Source: Roseovarius sp. (GTDB taxonomy: Bacteria > Pseudomonadota > Alphaproteobacteria > Rhodobacterales > Rhodobacteraceae). From it: 64,000 bases of DNA. The translations under genes and the position numbers were made by a program. The notes beneath the pieces were generated by a model, which saw only the letters and a program-made list of their open reading frames with translations, was not told the origin of the DNA and did no database searches. The stretch spans positions 94,215 through 158,214 of the forward strand of contig NZ_JAUCYU010000007.1 in NCBI RefSeq assembly GCF_030373445.1, read 5' to 3'. This document shows, one piece after another, positions 9,390-18,072 of this stretch. Each line of letters starts with the position of its first letter. Within the stretch, counting starts at the first letter, position 1.

Positions 9390-9433
9390 CGTCGGTATCA
9401 CGTCGGTATTCCGTCGGTATCGCGTCGGTTTCC
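9390..9433 (+). repeat. Tandem direct repeat, 11 bp x 4 (CGTCGGTATnn), copy 1
   Basis: Units start at 9390, 9401, 9412 and 9423: CGTCGGTATCA CGTCGGTATTC CGTCGGTATCG CGTCGGTTTCC. A homologous array lies in opposite orientation at 29319-29361. Confidence 0.9.
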
Positions 9434-9494
9434 GGGTCTGTGAGGCGGGGTGTTAATGCGGCGGTCCGGGTGCAACAGGCGAGATGTTGTGTCG

Positions 9495-9712
9495 GGCGCA
9501 ACGGGGGGTTCCCCGACGTCGCGGAGCCGCGCATTGTTGGGCCGTGGTGCGGCGAGCCGACGGTCGTGGCCTGATGCTTTATGGTCGCCGAGTGCCTCTG
9601 ACATGCGCGAGGTTGCACTCCATCGTCCAAATCGCCGTGCCGTCCGGACGGCCCAGCGATGCGCGGCGGGCTTCGCCCTGGATTCCGCGCGGGTGCTTCG
9701 TGGAGAGGTTTC
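9495..9712 (-). repeat. Dispersed ~220-nt hairpin-rich intergenic element, copy 1 (possible ncRNA)
   Basis: The minus strand aligns with the plus strand of 62430-62650. The best block, CACGAAGCnCCnGCGCGGAATCCAGGGC..GCCCGCCGCGCATCG..GGGCCGTCCnGACGGCACGGCGATTTGG, has roughly 70 of 78 positions identical. A second block follows: GAGGCACTnGGCnGAC.ATAAA ... CGTCGGnTCGCCGnACCACGGCCC....ATGCGCGGCTCC. No ORF is conserved (a stop occurs in copy 2). Confidence 0.75.
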
Positions 9713-9718
9713 AAAACC

Positions 9719-9758
9719 GAAAAAGGCGCGGCCCTTTCGGAACCGCGCCCCCGTTTTT
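9719..9758. terminator. Bidirectional rho-independent terminator
   Basis: GGCGCGG(9725-9731)-loop-CCGCGCC(9743-9749), flanked by an A-run upstream and TTTTT (9754-9758) downstream. Lies between the convergent SIP operon and the TonB receptor gene. Confidence 0.7.
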
Positions 9759-9775
9759 CCGTCGCGTGGAACCCC

Positions 9776-11923
9776 TCAGAACCGCGAGGTCACCGAGAAG
9801 TTGAACTCGCGCCCCGAGCCGTAGGAGCAGACATAGGCGGTCTGGCAGCCGGTGACGTAGCGCTCGTCGGCGACGTTGGTGACCGACAGGTTGGCCTCGA
9901 GACCGTTCTTGAAGGCGTAGCTGGCATAGAGGTCGTAAATCGTGGAATCCGGTACCGTCAGCGTGTTGGCCGCGTTGGCGAAGCTTTCGCCGCGATGGCG
10001 GACGCCTGCGCCCAGTTCCAGCCCCTGCAAGCTTCCGGAGAAGGCGTAGGTGCCCAAGAGCGACAGCTCGGTTTCCGGGATGAGCGTGGGCGTCGTGCCG
10101 ATCAGCGCGGCGTTGCTGTCGCGGCGCACCTCGGCGTCGAGCCAGGTGGCGGCGGCCTGCACGTAGAAGCCGTTGCCGAAATCGTATTCGCCCTCAAGCT
10201 CCACCCCGCGCGAGCGGACCTCGCCCAGCTGGCTGAAGACCGGGAAGACGCCGACGACCACGTTCTCGCGGTTGATCTCGAAGGCCGAGCCGGTGAGCGA
10301 GAAATTCCCGCCCTCGGGCGCCCATTTGAAGCCCAGTTCGACCTGGTCGCCGGTTTCGGGCTTCGTCACGCCGTTGGCGGGCGAGGTGATGAGCGGGTTG
10401 AAGAAGGTGGAATAGGAGAGATAGGGCGTGAAACCCGAGGCCGTTTCATAGGCCAGCGCCGCACGCCAGGAGGTTTCGCTGTCGTCGCGGCTGAAGGCGC
10501 CGGTGCCGTCCTGGCTGGTCTTGACGATATCGTGGCGCAGGTTGAGCGTGGCGATCCAGCCGCTGCCCCAGCGCATCTGGTCCTGGACGTAGAGGCCGAC
10601 CTGGCGCTGCTTGGTGGTGGCGTCCTGGTAGGGCGCGCCGATGGCCGGGGTGCCCGGCGGGGTGGGCCCGACGACCTGGTTGGAGCCGAAGCCCGAGGCC
10701 TGGGTCTCGTCGATCTCGTAGTACCGCGCGTCGAGGCCGAAGAGCAGGTCGTGCTCGACCGCGCCGGTCGAGACGGTGCCGTAGTAGCGCAGGTCGGTCT
10801 GGGCGGTGGCGACCTGGGTGTCGTGCTCGAAGGCGATGAGGCTGAGCGTGCCCTGTGGGTCGGTCGGCGTGGGCGAGAAGCCGGCATAGCCGAACGGGTA
10901 GTAGTAGCGTTCGTGCACGTCGGCATAGCCGAGGCGGCCGATGCCGGTGAAGGTGAAGCCGTTGGAGAACTCGTGCTCGACGATGGCCGAGACCGAGGCC
11001 TGCCGGCGCTCGTACTTGTCCCAGTTCGGGTCGGAAAAGTTGGCGTCGGGGTCGATATAGCCGAACTGCGCGGTCGGCACGACGGTGCCCGCGTAGGGCA
11101 GGAAGGTGCTGCCGTTGTGCTTCTCGTCGGCGACGTGGATGTTGGCCAGCAGCGTGACCTCGGTACCGCCGTCGGTGGTAAAGCGGTAGGAGGGCGCGAA
11201 GGTGCCGCGCAGGCCTTCGTTGAGGGCATCGTACTTGTCGCCGCCTTCGAGGCGGCCGGTCAGCCGGTAGGAGCGGCTGTCGCCGATATCGTCGCCATAG
11301 TCGAATTCGAGGTAGGCGCCGGTGGCGTCGTTGACGCCGAGTGTGTATTCGCGGATCCGGCCGCCGGGGCGTTTCGAGACGTAGTTGACGATGCCGCCCG
11401 GGTTCGACCCGCCATAGAGCGCCGAGGAGGGCCCGCGCAGCACCTCGATCCGCTCGATCGTGTAGGGGTCGATGAAGAAGGAGCCGAAGGCGAAGGAGAG
11501 GTTCTGGGCGTTGTCGAGGTAGATGCCGGTCTGGTCGGCCTGGAAGCCGCGGATTCGGAGCCAGTCGTAATCGTTGTCGTCGCCGAACACGTCGGAGGTG
11601 ACGCCGGCGGTGTAGCGCAGGGCCTCGCTGACGCGGTTGGCGCCGAAGCGCTCGATCTTCTCGCGGCCGAGGACCGAGACGGATTGCGGCACCTCGTTGA
11701 CGGTGACGGGGGCCTTGGTGCCGGTCACGGTGGGCGGGTTCTTGTCGGCGCCGACGGGGCCCGTCGTGTCTTCCTGGTTGCGCAGGGTGAGCGTGCCGAG
11801 GTCGAAATTCTCGTCTTCGGCTTGGGCGTGGGCGGTCGTGGCCGCGGTGGCGGTGGTGAGCAGCAGGAGCCCGAGAGCGCCCAGTCGGGCGGCTCCGCGG
11901 GTGCGGGTGGTGGTGTTGGCCAT
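9776..11923 (-). CDS. TonB-dependent siderophore receptor (FhuA/FhuE type)
   Basis: ATG at 11923 (MANTTTRTRGAARLGALGLLLLTTATAATTAHAQ signal) preceded by AGAGGGA. Plug motifs VPQSVSVLGREKIERFGANRVSEALRYTAGV and IERIEVLRGPSSALYGGSNPGG. Ends ...FNFSVTSRF. Confidence 0.9.
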   Translation of the reverse strand: MANTTTRTRGAARLGALGLLLLTTATAATTAHAQAEDENFDLGTLTLRNQEDTTGPVGADKNPPTVTGTKAPVTVNEVPQSVSVLGREKIERFGANRVSEALRYTAGVTSDVFGDDNDYDWLRIRGFQADQTGIYLDNAQNLSFAFGSFFIDPYTIERIEVLRGPSSALYGGSNPGGIVNYVSKRPGGRIREYTLGVNDATGAYLEFDYGDDIGDSRSYRLTGRLEGGDKYDALNEGLRGTFAPSYRFTTDGGTEVTLLANIHVADEKHNGSTFLPYAGTVVPTAQFGYIDPDANFSDPNWDKYERRQASVSAIVEHEFSNGFTFTGIGRLGYADVHERYYYPFGYAGFSPTPTDPQGTLSLIAFEHDTQVATAQTDLRYYGTVSTGAVEHDLLFGLDARYYEIDETQASGFGSNQVVGPTPPGTPAIGAPYQDATTKQRQVGLYVQDQMRWGSGWIATLNLRHDIVKTSQDGTGAFSRDDSETSWRAALAYETASGFTPYLSYSTFFNPLITSPANGVTKPETGDQVELGFKWAPEGGNFSLTGSAFEINRENVVVGVFPVFSQLGEVRSRGVELEGEYDFGNGFYVQAAATWLDAEVRRDSNAALIGTTPTLIPETELSLLGTYAFSGSLQGLELGAGVRHRGESFANAANTLTVPDSTIYDLYASYAFKNGLEANLSVTNVADERYVTGCQTAYVCSYGSGREFNFSVTSRF

Positions 11924-12011
11924 ATCGGCGTCCCTCTGAAAGTCATTTCGCGGCTGGCCCCGACCGGAAAGGGAGGGTCTGACAGCTGGCGATCCGAGTT
12001 CCTGATAAAAA

Positions 12012-12887
12012 CTATCGGGATGGATTGTCTTGAACAATCGGACCATTCGGCCCCGCCGCCTGTGCGCGGGCCCAATGGGCGGGCGCGGCGCCGGTTTCCG
12101 CCCGGAAACTGCGCGAGAAATGGGCCTGGTCGGCAAAGCCCGTGACCTGGGCCACCTCGGCGCAGGGCACGCCGTGGACCAGAAGGCGTTTGGCATAGCC
12201 CAGCTTCAGCCCCAGCACCCAGCGATAGGGCGATTGCCCGGTGGCGCGGCGGAAGGTGCGGTTGAAATGGGTGCGCGAGAGGCCGGCGGCGCGGGCGAGA
12301 TCGTCGATGGCGATGCGGTGGGCCATGCGGTCGAGCACGTGGGCGCGGAGCGTGTCGAGCCATGTCTCGCCGTGCCCGAGCTGGCCGGCGCGGCCGAGGT
12401 GGAACATCTCGGTCACCGCCGCGCGGGCCAGCGCCTCGCCGCGTTGGCCGGAGGGTTTCGCCGCCGTGCATTCGTCGCGCAGGAGGCCCGCCAGCGGGGC
12501 CAGCGGGCCGAGATCGGGCAGGATCACCGGGCGGTCGAGCGGTGTGCCGGGGTCCGTCAGTTCCCGAAGGCGGGCGAGCGGCAGGTGGATGTCGACATGG
12601 CGCAATTTGCCGGCCTCGGGCAGCGTGCCCCAGATTTCCAGCCCGGCGGGGATGTAGCAGCCCGCCGCCGGTTCCGCCGCCCCGCCGCGCGCGCGGGAAA
12701 GCGACAGGCGGCGGTCGTCGAGGATCAGCACGAAGCGGGGATGAAGCGAGGCATAGCGCCCCCCTGCCCCGGCGCGGCCCCGCACGCGCCAGTAATCCAC
12801 GACCATCCGGTCGAGCGACAGGCTTTTCAGCTCGCCCAGCGGCTGGAAGCCCTGAACGGCGGCGTACATCCTGGGGTGAAAACTCAT
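12012..12887 (-). CDS. AraC-family transcriptional regulator (siderophore-cluster type)
   Basis: ATG 12887 (MSFHPRMYAAV...). C-terminal double HTH region IDDLARAAGLSRTHFNRTFRRATGQSPYRWVLGLKLGYAKRLL...VAQVTGFADQAHFSRSFR. Confidence 0.85.
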   Translation of the reverse strand: MSFHPRMYAAVQGFQPLGELKSLSLDRMVVDYWRVRGRAGAGGRYASLHPRFVLILDDRRLSLSRARGGAAEPAAGCYIPAGLEIWGTLPEAGKLRHVDIHLPLARLRELTDPGTPLDRPVILPDLGPLAPLAGLLRDECTAAKPSGQRGEALARAAVTEMFHLGRAGQLGHGETWLDTLRAHVLDRMAHRIAIDDLARAAGLSRTHFNRTFRRATGQSPYRWVLGLKLGYAKRLLVHGVPCAEVAQVTGFADQAHFSRSFRAETGAAPAHWARAQAAGPNGPIVQDNPSR

Positions 12888-13102
12888 GCGCCTCGCCTCT
12901 GCATCCGGGATGGCTGGGCGAAATCGCTGGCTGGGGGCTGTTGTACCGCGTGGCGGGCGGGTGTCAACCAAAGGGGCCGATCCTTCAAGCGGCGGGGATT
13001 GCCCAACGCGCCGCCAGCGATTATCACCCCGCTCAGCCAGCCGGCCCGCGCCAGACGCGGACGCCAGCCAAATCACGACCCAACAGCGCGGGCCACCGAC
13101 GG

Positions 13103-14749
13103 ATGCTCAGACATTTCCTGTCCTATTACCGCCCGTGGCGGGGTCTGTTCCTGCTGGATTTCGGCTGTGCCATCGCCTCCGGCCTGCTGGAGCTGGCCTT
13201 TCCCATCGCCATCAAGTTCTACATCGACCGGCTGTTGCCGAGCGGCGACCTGCCGCTGATCATCCTGGCGGCGGCCGGGCTGCTGGTGGTGTACCTGTTC
13301 AATGCCGGGCTGATGGCCGTGGTGACCTACTGGGGCCACATGCTGGGCATCAATATCGAGACGGAGATGCGGCGCAAGGCGTTCGACCAGTTGCAGCGGC
13401 TGTCCTTCGCCTTCTTCGACCGGCAGCGCACCGGCACGCTGGTGGCGCGGGTGACGCGCGACCTCGAGGAGATCGGCGAGGTGGCGCATCATGGGCCGGA
13501 AGACCTGTTCGTGGCGCTGATGACCTTTGTCGGTGCCTTTATCCTGATGGTGTTCATCAATGTCGAACTGGGGCTGATCACGGCGGTGATCTTCCCGGCG
13601 GTGGTGGTGCTGGTGGCGGTCTATGGCCGCAGGCTGACGCAGACATGGCAGCAGATCTACCGCAGCGTGGCGAATTTCAACGTGCGGCTGGAGGAGAACG
13701 TGGGCGGCATCCGGGTGGTGCAGTCCTTCGCCAACGAGGCGCATGAAAAGGACCTGTTCGCGCAGGACAATGCCAATTACCGGCGCACCAAGCTCGATGC
13801 CTACCGGCTGATGGCGGCGTCGACCACGCTGAACTACATGGGGATGCGGCTGGTGCAGGTGGCGATCCTGGTGGCGGGGGCGCTGTTCGTGGCGCGGGGC
13901 AGCCTGTCGATCGGCGGCTTCGTGGCCTTCCTGTTGCTGGTGGGCGTGTTCTTCCGCCCGCTTGACAAGATCGCGGCGGTGATGGAGCTTTATCCGCGCG
14001 GGCTTGCGGGGTTCAAACGCTACCGCGAGCTGATGGCGCTGGAGCCGGACGTGGCCGAGAAGCCGGGCGCGCAGGAGGCGCCGGCCTTTCGCGGCGATAT
14101 CACCATCGAGAACGTCTCGTTCAGCTATGACCCGGCGATGCCGGTGCTGGAGGATATCTCGATCTCCGTGAAGGCCGGCGAGACCGTCGCCATCATCGGC
14201 CAGTCGGGCGCGGGCAAGTCGACGCTGGTGTCGCTGGTGCCGCGGTTCTACGACCCGCAGGGCGGGCGCATCCTGATCGACGGGGTGGATATCCGCGAGT
14301 TCACGCTGACCAGCCTGCGCCGCCAGATCGGCGTGGTCAGCCAGGACGTGTTCCTGTTCGGCGGCACGCTGCGCGAGAACGTGGCCTATGGCCGGTTGGG
14401 CGCGAGCGAAGAGGAAATCCTCGAGGCGCTGGCGCAGGCGCAGTTGAGCGAGCTTGTCGCCAACCTGCCGCAGGGGCTCGATACCGTGGTGGGCGAACGC
14501 GGCGTGGCATTGTCGGGCGGGCAGAAGCAGCGGGTGGCGATTGCGCGGACCTTCCTGAAGGATCCGCCGATCCTGATCCTGGACGAGGCGACGTCGGCAC
14601 TGGACCTGGAGACGGAAAAGCGCATCCAGAAAGCGCTGAACCGGCTGTCGGAGGGGCGCACCTCGCTGGTGATCGCGCACCGGCCGCAGACGATCAGCGA
14701 TGCCGACCGGGTGCTGCGGGTCGAGGGCGGCCAGCTCGTCGCGGCCTGA
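13103..14749 (+). CDS. ABC exporter, fused permease/ATPase (MsbA/ABCB-like)
   Basis: ATG 13103 (MLRHFLSYYRPWRGLFLLDFGCAI...). Six-helix TMD followed by Walker A GQSGAGKST, signature LSGGQKQRVAIAR and Walker B ILILDEATSALD. The upstream in-frame extension to 12362 is Arg/Pro/Gly junk antisense to the AraC gene. Confidence 0.9.
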   Translation: MLRHFLSYYRPWRGLFLLDFGCAIASGLLELAFPIAIKFYIDRLLPSGDLPLIILAAAGLLVVYLFNAGLMAVVTYWGHMLGINIETEMRRKAFDQLQRLSFAFFDRQRTGTLVARVTRDLEEIGEVAHHGPEDLFVALMTFVGAFILMVFINVELGLITAVIFPAVVVLVAVYGRRLTQTWQQIYRSVANFNVRLEENVGGIRVVQSFANEAHEKDLFAQDNANYRRTKLDAYRLMAASTTLNYMGMRLVQVAILVAGALFVARGSLSIGGFVAFLLLVGVFFRPLDKIAAVMELYPRGLAGFKRYRELMALEPDVAEKPGAQEAPAFRGDITIENVSFSYDPAMPVLEDISISVKAGETVAIIGQSGAGKSTLVSLVPRFYDPQGGRILIDGVDIREFTLTSLRRQIGVVSQDVFLFGGTLRENVAYGRLGASEEEILEALAQAQLSELVANLPQGLDTVVGERGVALSGGQKQRVAIARTFLKDPPILILDEATSALDLETEKRIQKALNRLSEGRTSLVIAHRPQTISDADRVLRVEGGQLVAA

Positions 14750-14764
14750 CCGCCCCCGGAAAGC

Positions 14765-16141
14765 CTAGGCCGCCATGTAGAGCGACTTGGCGTTCACGAA
14801 CTCCTTCATGCCGAAGCCGCCATGCTCGCGGCCATAGCCGGAATCCTTGACGCCGCCGAAGGGCATGTTGGGCAGGGCCACGTTGTACTTGTTGATACAG
14901 ACCATGCCGGTGTCGAAATGCTGCGCCGCCAGCTTGCGGGCGCGCTTGGTGTCCTTCGAGAAGATGCCGCCGCCGAGGCCATAGCGGCTGTCATTGGCGA
15001 TGCGCATGGCGTCCTCGTCATCCCTGGCCTTGATGATCGAGGCGACGGGGCCGAAGAGCTCGTCATCGTAAGCCGGTTGGCCGGGTTTGACGTCGACCAG
15101 CACGGTGGCGGGGTAATAGGCCCCCTTGCCCGCCGGCACCTCGCCGCCGCAGAGGACGCGGGCGCCCTTGGCGACGCTCTCCTCTACCTGCTCGGCCAGG
15201 GTGTCGCGCAGGTCGGTCCGCGCCATCGGGCCGAGCCTGGTGTTCTCGTCGGTGGGGGCGCCGGTGGCGATGGCCTTCATCTTCTCGGTGAAGCGCTCGA
15301 CGAAGGCGTCGTAGTTCTTCTCGGTCACGATGAAGCGCTTGGCGGCGACGCAGGTTTCGCCGTTGTTGTAAATCCGGCCCGCGACGCAGGTCTTCACCGC
15401 GAGGTCGAGATCGGCATCGTCGAGCACCACGTAGGCGTCGTTCGAGCCCAGCTCCAGCACCGTTTTCTTGAGGTGTTTCGCGGCCTGTTCGGCCACGATC
15501 CGGCCGGCGCCGTCGCTGCCCGTCAGGGTGACGCCGCGCACATGGCGGTGGGCGATGACCTTGTCCGACTGGTCATGGTCGATCAGCAGGATGGTGAAGA
15601 GATGCTCGGGCAGGCCCGCCTGTTTCATCACGTCGCGCAGGAACAGGCCGCTGCCGGTGCAGCTTTCGGCGTGTTTCAGCATCACGCCATTGCCCGCCAT
15701 CAGGTTGGCGACGGTATAGCGCACGGCCTGGTAGCAGGGAAAGTTCCACGGCTGGATGCCATAGATCACGCCCACGGGCGCATAGGTCACGACGCCGGTG
15801 CCGCCGGGGATGTCGCGCTCCTCGTCGGCCAGCTCCTTGGGGCCGGTCTCGGCGGTGAAGTCGCAGATCGCGGCGCAGAGCTCGATCTCGTCGCGGCTGT
15901 CGTTGATCAGCTTGCCGACCTCGCGGGTCATGAGCTGGGCGAAGTCTTCCTTGTTGTCGCGCAGGGCCTGGCCGATGGCCTTGATGACCCTGGCCCGCTC
16001 CTCGAGCGAGACCAGTTTCCATTCCTCGAAGGCGCCATGGCAGAGGTCGATGGCGGCGCGCATCTCCTCGTCGCTCATGGTCTCGTAGCTCTTGATCGTC
16101 TCGTCCGTGGCGGGGTTGATCGTCTTCAGCGTGCTGGTCAC
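14765..16141 (-). CDS. NAD(P)-dependent aldehyde dehydrogenase (succinate-semialdehyde dehydrogenase-like)
   Basis: ALDH motifs WNFPCYQ, LELGSNDA and NGETCVAAKR. Preferred start is GTG 16141, 5 nt after GGGAGA. The ORF-track start at 16180 is possible. Confidence 0.85.
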   Translation of the reverse strand: MTSTLKTINPATDETIKSYETMSDEEMRAAIDLCHGAFEEWKLVSLEERARVIKAIGQALRDNKEDFAQLMTREVGKLINDSRDEIELCAAICDFTAETGPKELADEERDIPGGTGVVTYAPVGVIYGIQPWNFPCYQAVRYTVANLMAGNGVMLKHAESCTGSGLFLRDVMKQAGLPEHLFTILLIDHDQSDKVIAHRHVRGVTLTGSDGAGRIVAEQAAKHLKKTVLELGSNDAYVVLDDADLDLAVKTCVAGRIYNNGETCVAAKRFIVTEKNYDAFVERFTEKMKAIATGAPTDENTRLGPMARTDLRDTLAEQVEESVAKGARVLCGGEVPAGKGAYYPATVLVDVKPGQPAYDDELFGPVASIIKARDDEDAMRIANDSRYGLGGGIFSKDTKRARKLAAQHFDTGMVCINKYNVALPNMPFGGVKDSGYGREHGGFGMKEFVNAKSLYMAA

Positions 16142-16230
16142 GGGTGTCTCCCTCACTTTTGCATGTGTCAGGGAAGACAACGCGCGCCGCGCCGCTTGTT
16201 TCCATCACCTCCGGGTGAGCCGACGCGACG

Positions 16231-16989
16231 TCAATACCCCCGGTCCATCCGGACAGGCTCGTCCCGGTTGGCGGGGATGTAGACCAGGTCATCCGCGTCG
16301 AGCTCCAGGATGATCCAGCACAGAAGCTGCACATCCGGGTATTTCACCAGCATGACCGGCCCTGCCCCGTCGGCCCCGTCACAGGTCGGGGCCAGCTCGA
16401 ACGTCGCCTCCCCGGCCTTGATGCCGGCATAGCGGTCCTCGATGCGTGTGTCGCGGATGATCATGGTGAAGGCGTCGTCGCCCAGGTCGTGCCACTCGCC
16501 CTGGAGAAGCTGCAGGACCGCCCCGAGATCGACCCCCTCCTCTGCCGGCCGCGGTTTCGGCCCGGGCGCGGGCGCCGCAACCGGGGCCGGCGCCGCCGCG
16601 CCGGTCATCCGCACCGTCACGTCACGGGCCCCGCCGACCACGATCTCGCTGAACGCCACGCGCTCGTACCCGCGCGCCTCGCAATTGGTGTCGCCGACGA
16701 TGGTGAACACCTCGTCAGTGGCGCAGAAATAGTAATCCTGCGCCGGGAAATCCTCGTCCCCCGTGGTCGCCCGCCAATAGTAGTGGGTCAGCGGCAGCTC
16801 CCCTCCGATGACCGTGGAACACTCGGCCGGCAGCACCTCCCACCAGCCTTCCGAGGTCCAGCCCTCGGCCCCCTTGTAGCCGATCGCCACGGTCGCCCGC
16901 GCGGCGCTGTCGTTGCAGAAGATCAGGTCGGCCCGGGCCGGCGCGGCGAACCACAGCACGGCACAGCAGGCGATCAGGAAAAGGCGCAT
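16231..16989 (-). CDS. DUF1036-domain secreted protein with C-terminal extension
   Basis: Signal peptide MRLFLIACCAVLWFAAPARA followed by DLIFCNDSAARATVAIGYKGAEGWTSEGWWEVLPAECSTV...YFCATDEVFTIVGDTNCEARGYERVAFSEI, the DUF1036 signature as I recall it. Confidence 0.7.
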   Translation of the reverse strand: MRLFLIACCAVLWFAAPARADLIFCNDSAARATVAIGYKGAEGWTSEGWWEVLPAECSTVIGGELPLTHYYWRATTGDEDFPAQDYYFCATDEVFTIVGDTNCEARGYERVAFSEIVVGGARDVTVRMTGAAAPAPVAAPAPGPKPRPAEEGVDLGAVLQLLQGEWHDLGDDAFTMIIRDTRIEDRYAGIKAGEATFELAPTCDGADGAGPVMLVKYPDVQLLCWIILELDADDLVYIPANRDEPVRMDRGY

Positions 16990-17150
16990 GACAATCCCCC
17001 CAAAAGAATACCCCTTCCGGCGAGCCTAGCACAGTTTCGCGCGCCGACAGCGTCAATTCGTGCCGGGTAGCGCGGGGCGCACCCTGCCCTTTCATCTTTC
17101 CAAAAATACTCAAATCCCCGGCCCGCCCCGCGCGCCGCCGCCCGAGGGGG

Positions 17151-17825
17151 TCAGTAATTCCCCGCCACGTACTTGGCGATGGCTGCCCCGCGGGAATTGA
17201 CGTCTAGCTTCTGGTAGATCGCCTTGAGGTAATATTTCACCGTGTTCTCCGACAGGCCCAGCCGGGCGGAGATCTGGAAATTGGTCAGCCCGTCCACCAG
17301 CAGCGCCAGGATCTCGTGCTCGCGCCGCGACAGGCTGTCGGCGTTTTCCGAGGTCAGCTTGCGCAGGATATCTGTGGGGACGATGGAATGCCCCTCGACC
17401 AGCTTGCCGAGGATGCGCGGCAGGCTGGTCAGGATCTGGCCCATCATGCAGACCGAGTTGGCGCCCGACTTGATGGCGGTGCGGATGAAGGCGAACTCGG
17501 TATCCTCGGCCACGACCACGATCATCACCTGCGGGTAGGATTTGCGCACCGTGTCCAGCACCGAGGTCAGGTCGCCATCCGAGAGCCGCACGCCGAGGAT
17601 CAGGATCGCGGGGCCTTCGGTCTTCGACAGGAGCTGCTTGAGCCCCGCCTTGTCGGTGGCGAAGGGCCCCAGCCGCACCTCGGGGATCTGCGCCACGAGC
17701 GAGCCGATGCCCTGGCAGACGATGAGCTGCCGGTCGGCGACGATCACCTGCGGGCGCTCTGCCATGGTCTCGGCTGTCATTTCTGCGTGGTCCTGCGCGT
17801 GTGTCATCGGTCGAGCATACACCAT
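17151..17825 (-). CDS. LuxR/FixJ-family regulator with degenerate (pseudo-)receiver domain
   Basis: C-terminal LuxR HTH: [45 protein letters not shown]. The N-terminal REC-like fold lacks the usual acidic pocket and acceptor Asp (see finding). The start is uncertain (ATGs at 17825, 17807 and 17765). Confidence 0.8.
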   Translation of the reverse strand: MVYARPMTHAQDHAEMTAETMAERPQVIVADRQLIVCQGIGSLVAQIPEVRLGPFATDKAGLKQLLSKTEGPAILILGVRLSDGDLTSVLDTVRKSYPQVMIVVVAEDTEFAFIRTAIKSGANSVCMMGQILTSLPRILGKLVEGHSIVPTDILRKLTSENADSLSRREHEILALLVDGLTNFQISARLGLSENTVKYYLKAIYQKLDVNSRGAAIAKYVAGNY

Positions 17826-18072
17826 ACCGGGCGTGCCCGGTGGGAATGGTTTGCGACACTTCGACGCCGGAAACCGATGAAATCAAACGAAAAATCGGTA
17901 TGCAAGCGCATGCCGTGGTGTTCCGTAGGCCGGCCTCACCCGAAAGGGTGGGCCGTGGCTACCCGTTCGGTGGCGCCCCTCCGCCACCGGCGGGCACGGG
18001 GTATCCCCTTGGGCGTTACGCCGCCGGGAGCAAGCGCCGATACATGGGCCAATCGAGACGAGGAGACCCCAG

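Noticed and set aside
9659-12145. 828-aa ORF on the plus strand
   Set aside because: It is antisense to the TonB-dependent siderophore receptor, which has a clear signal peptide, plug and C-terminal Phe. The translation is low-complexity G/A/V/R.
12362-13102. N-terminal 247-aa extension of the ABC exporter ORF (795-aa version)
   Set aside because: The extension is Arg/Pro/Gly junk that overlaps the AraC gene on the other strand. The hydrophobic TMD starts right after ATG 13103.
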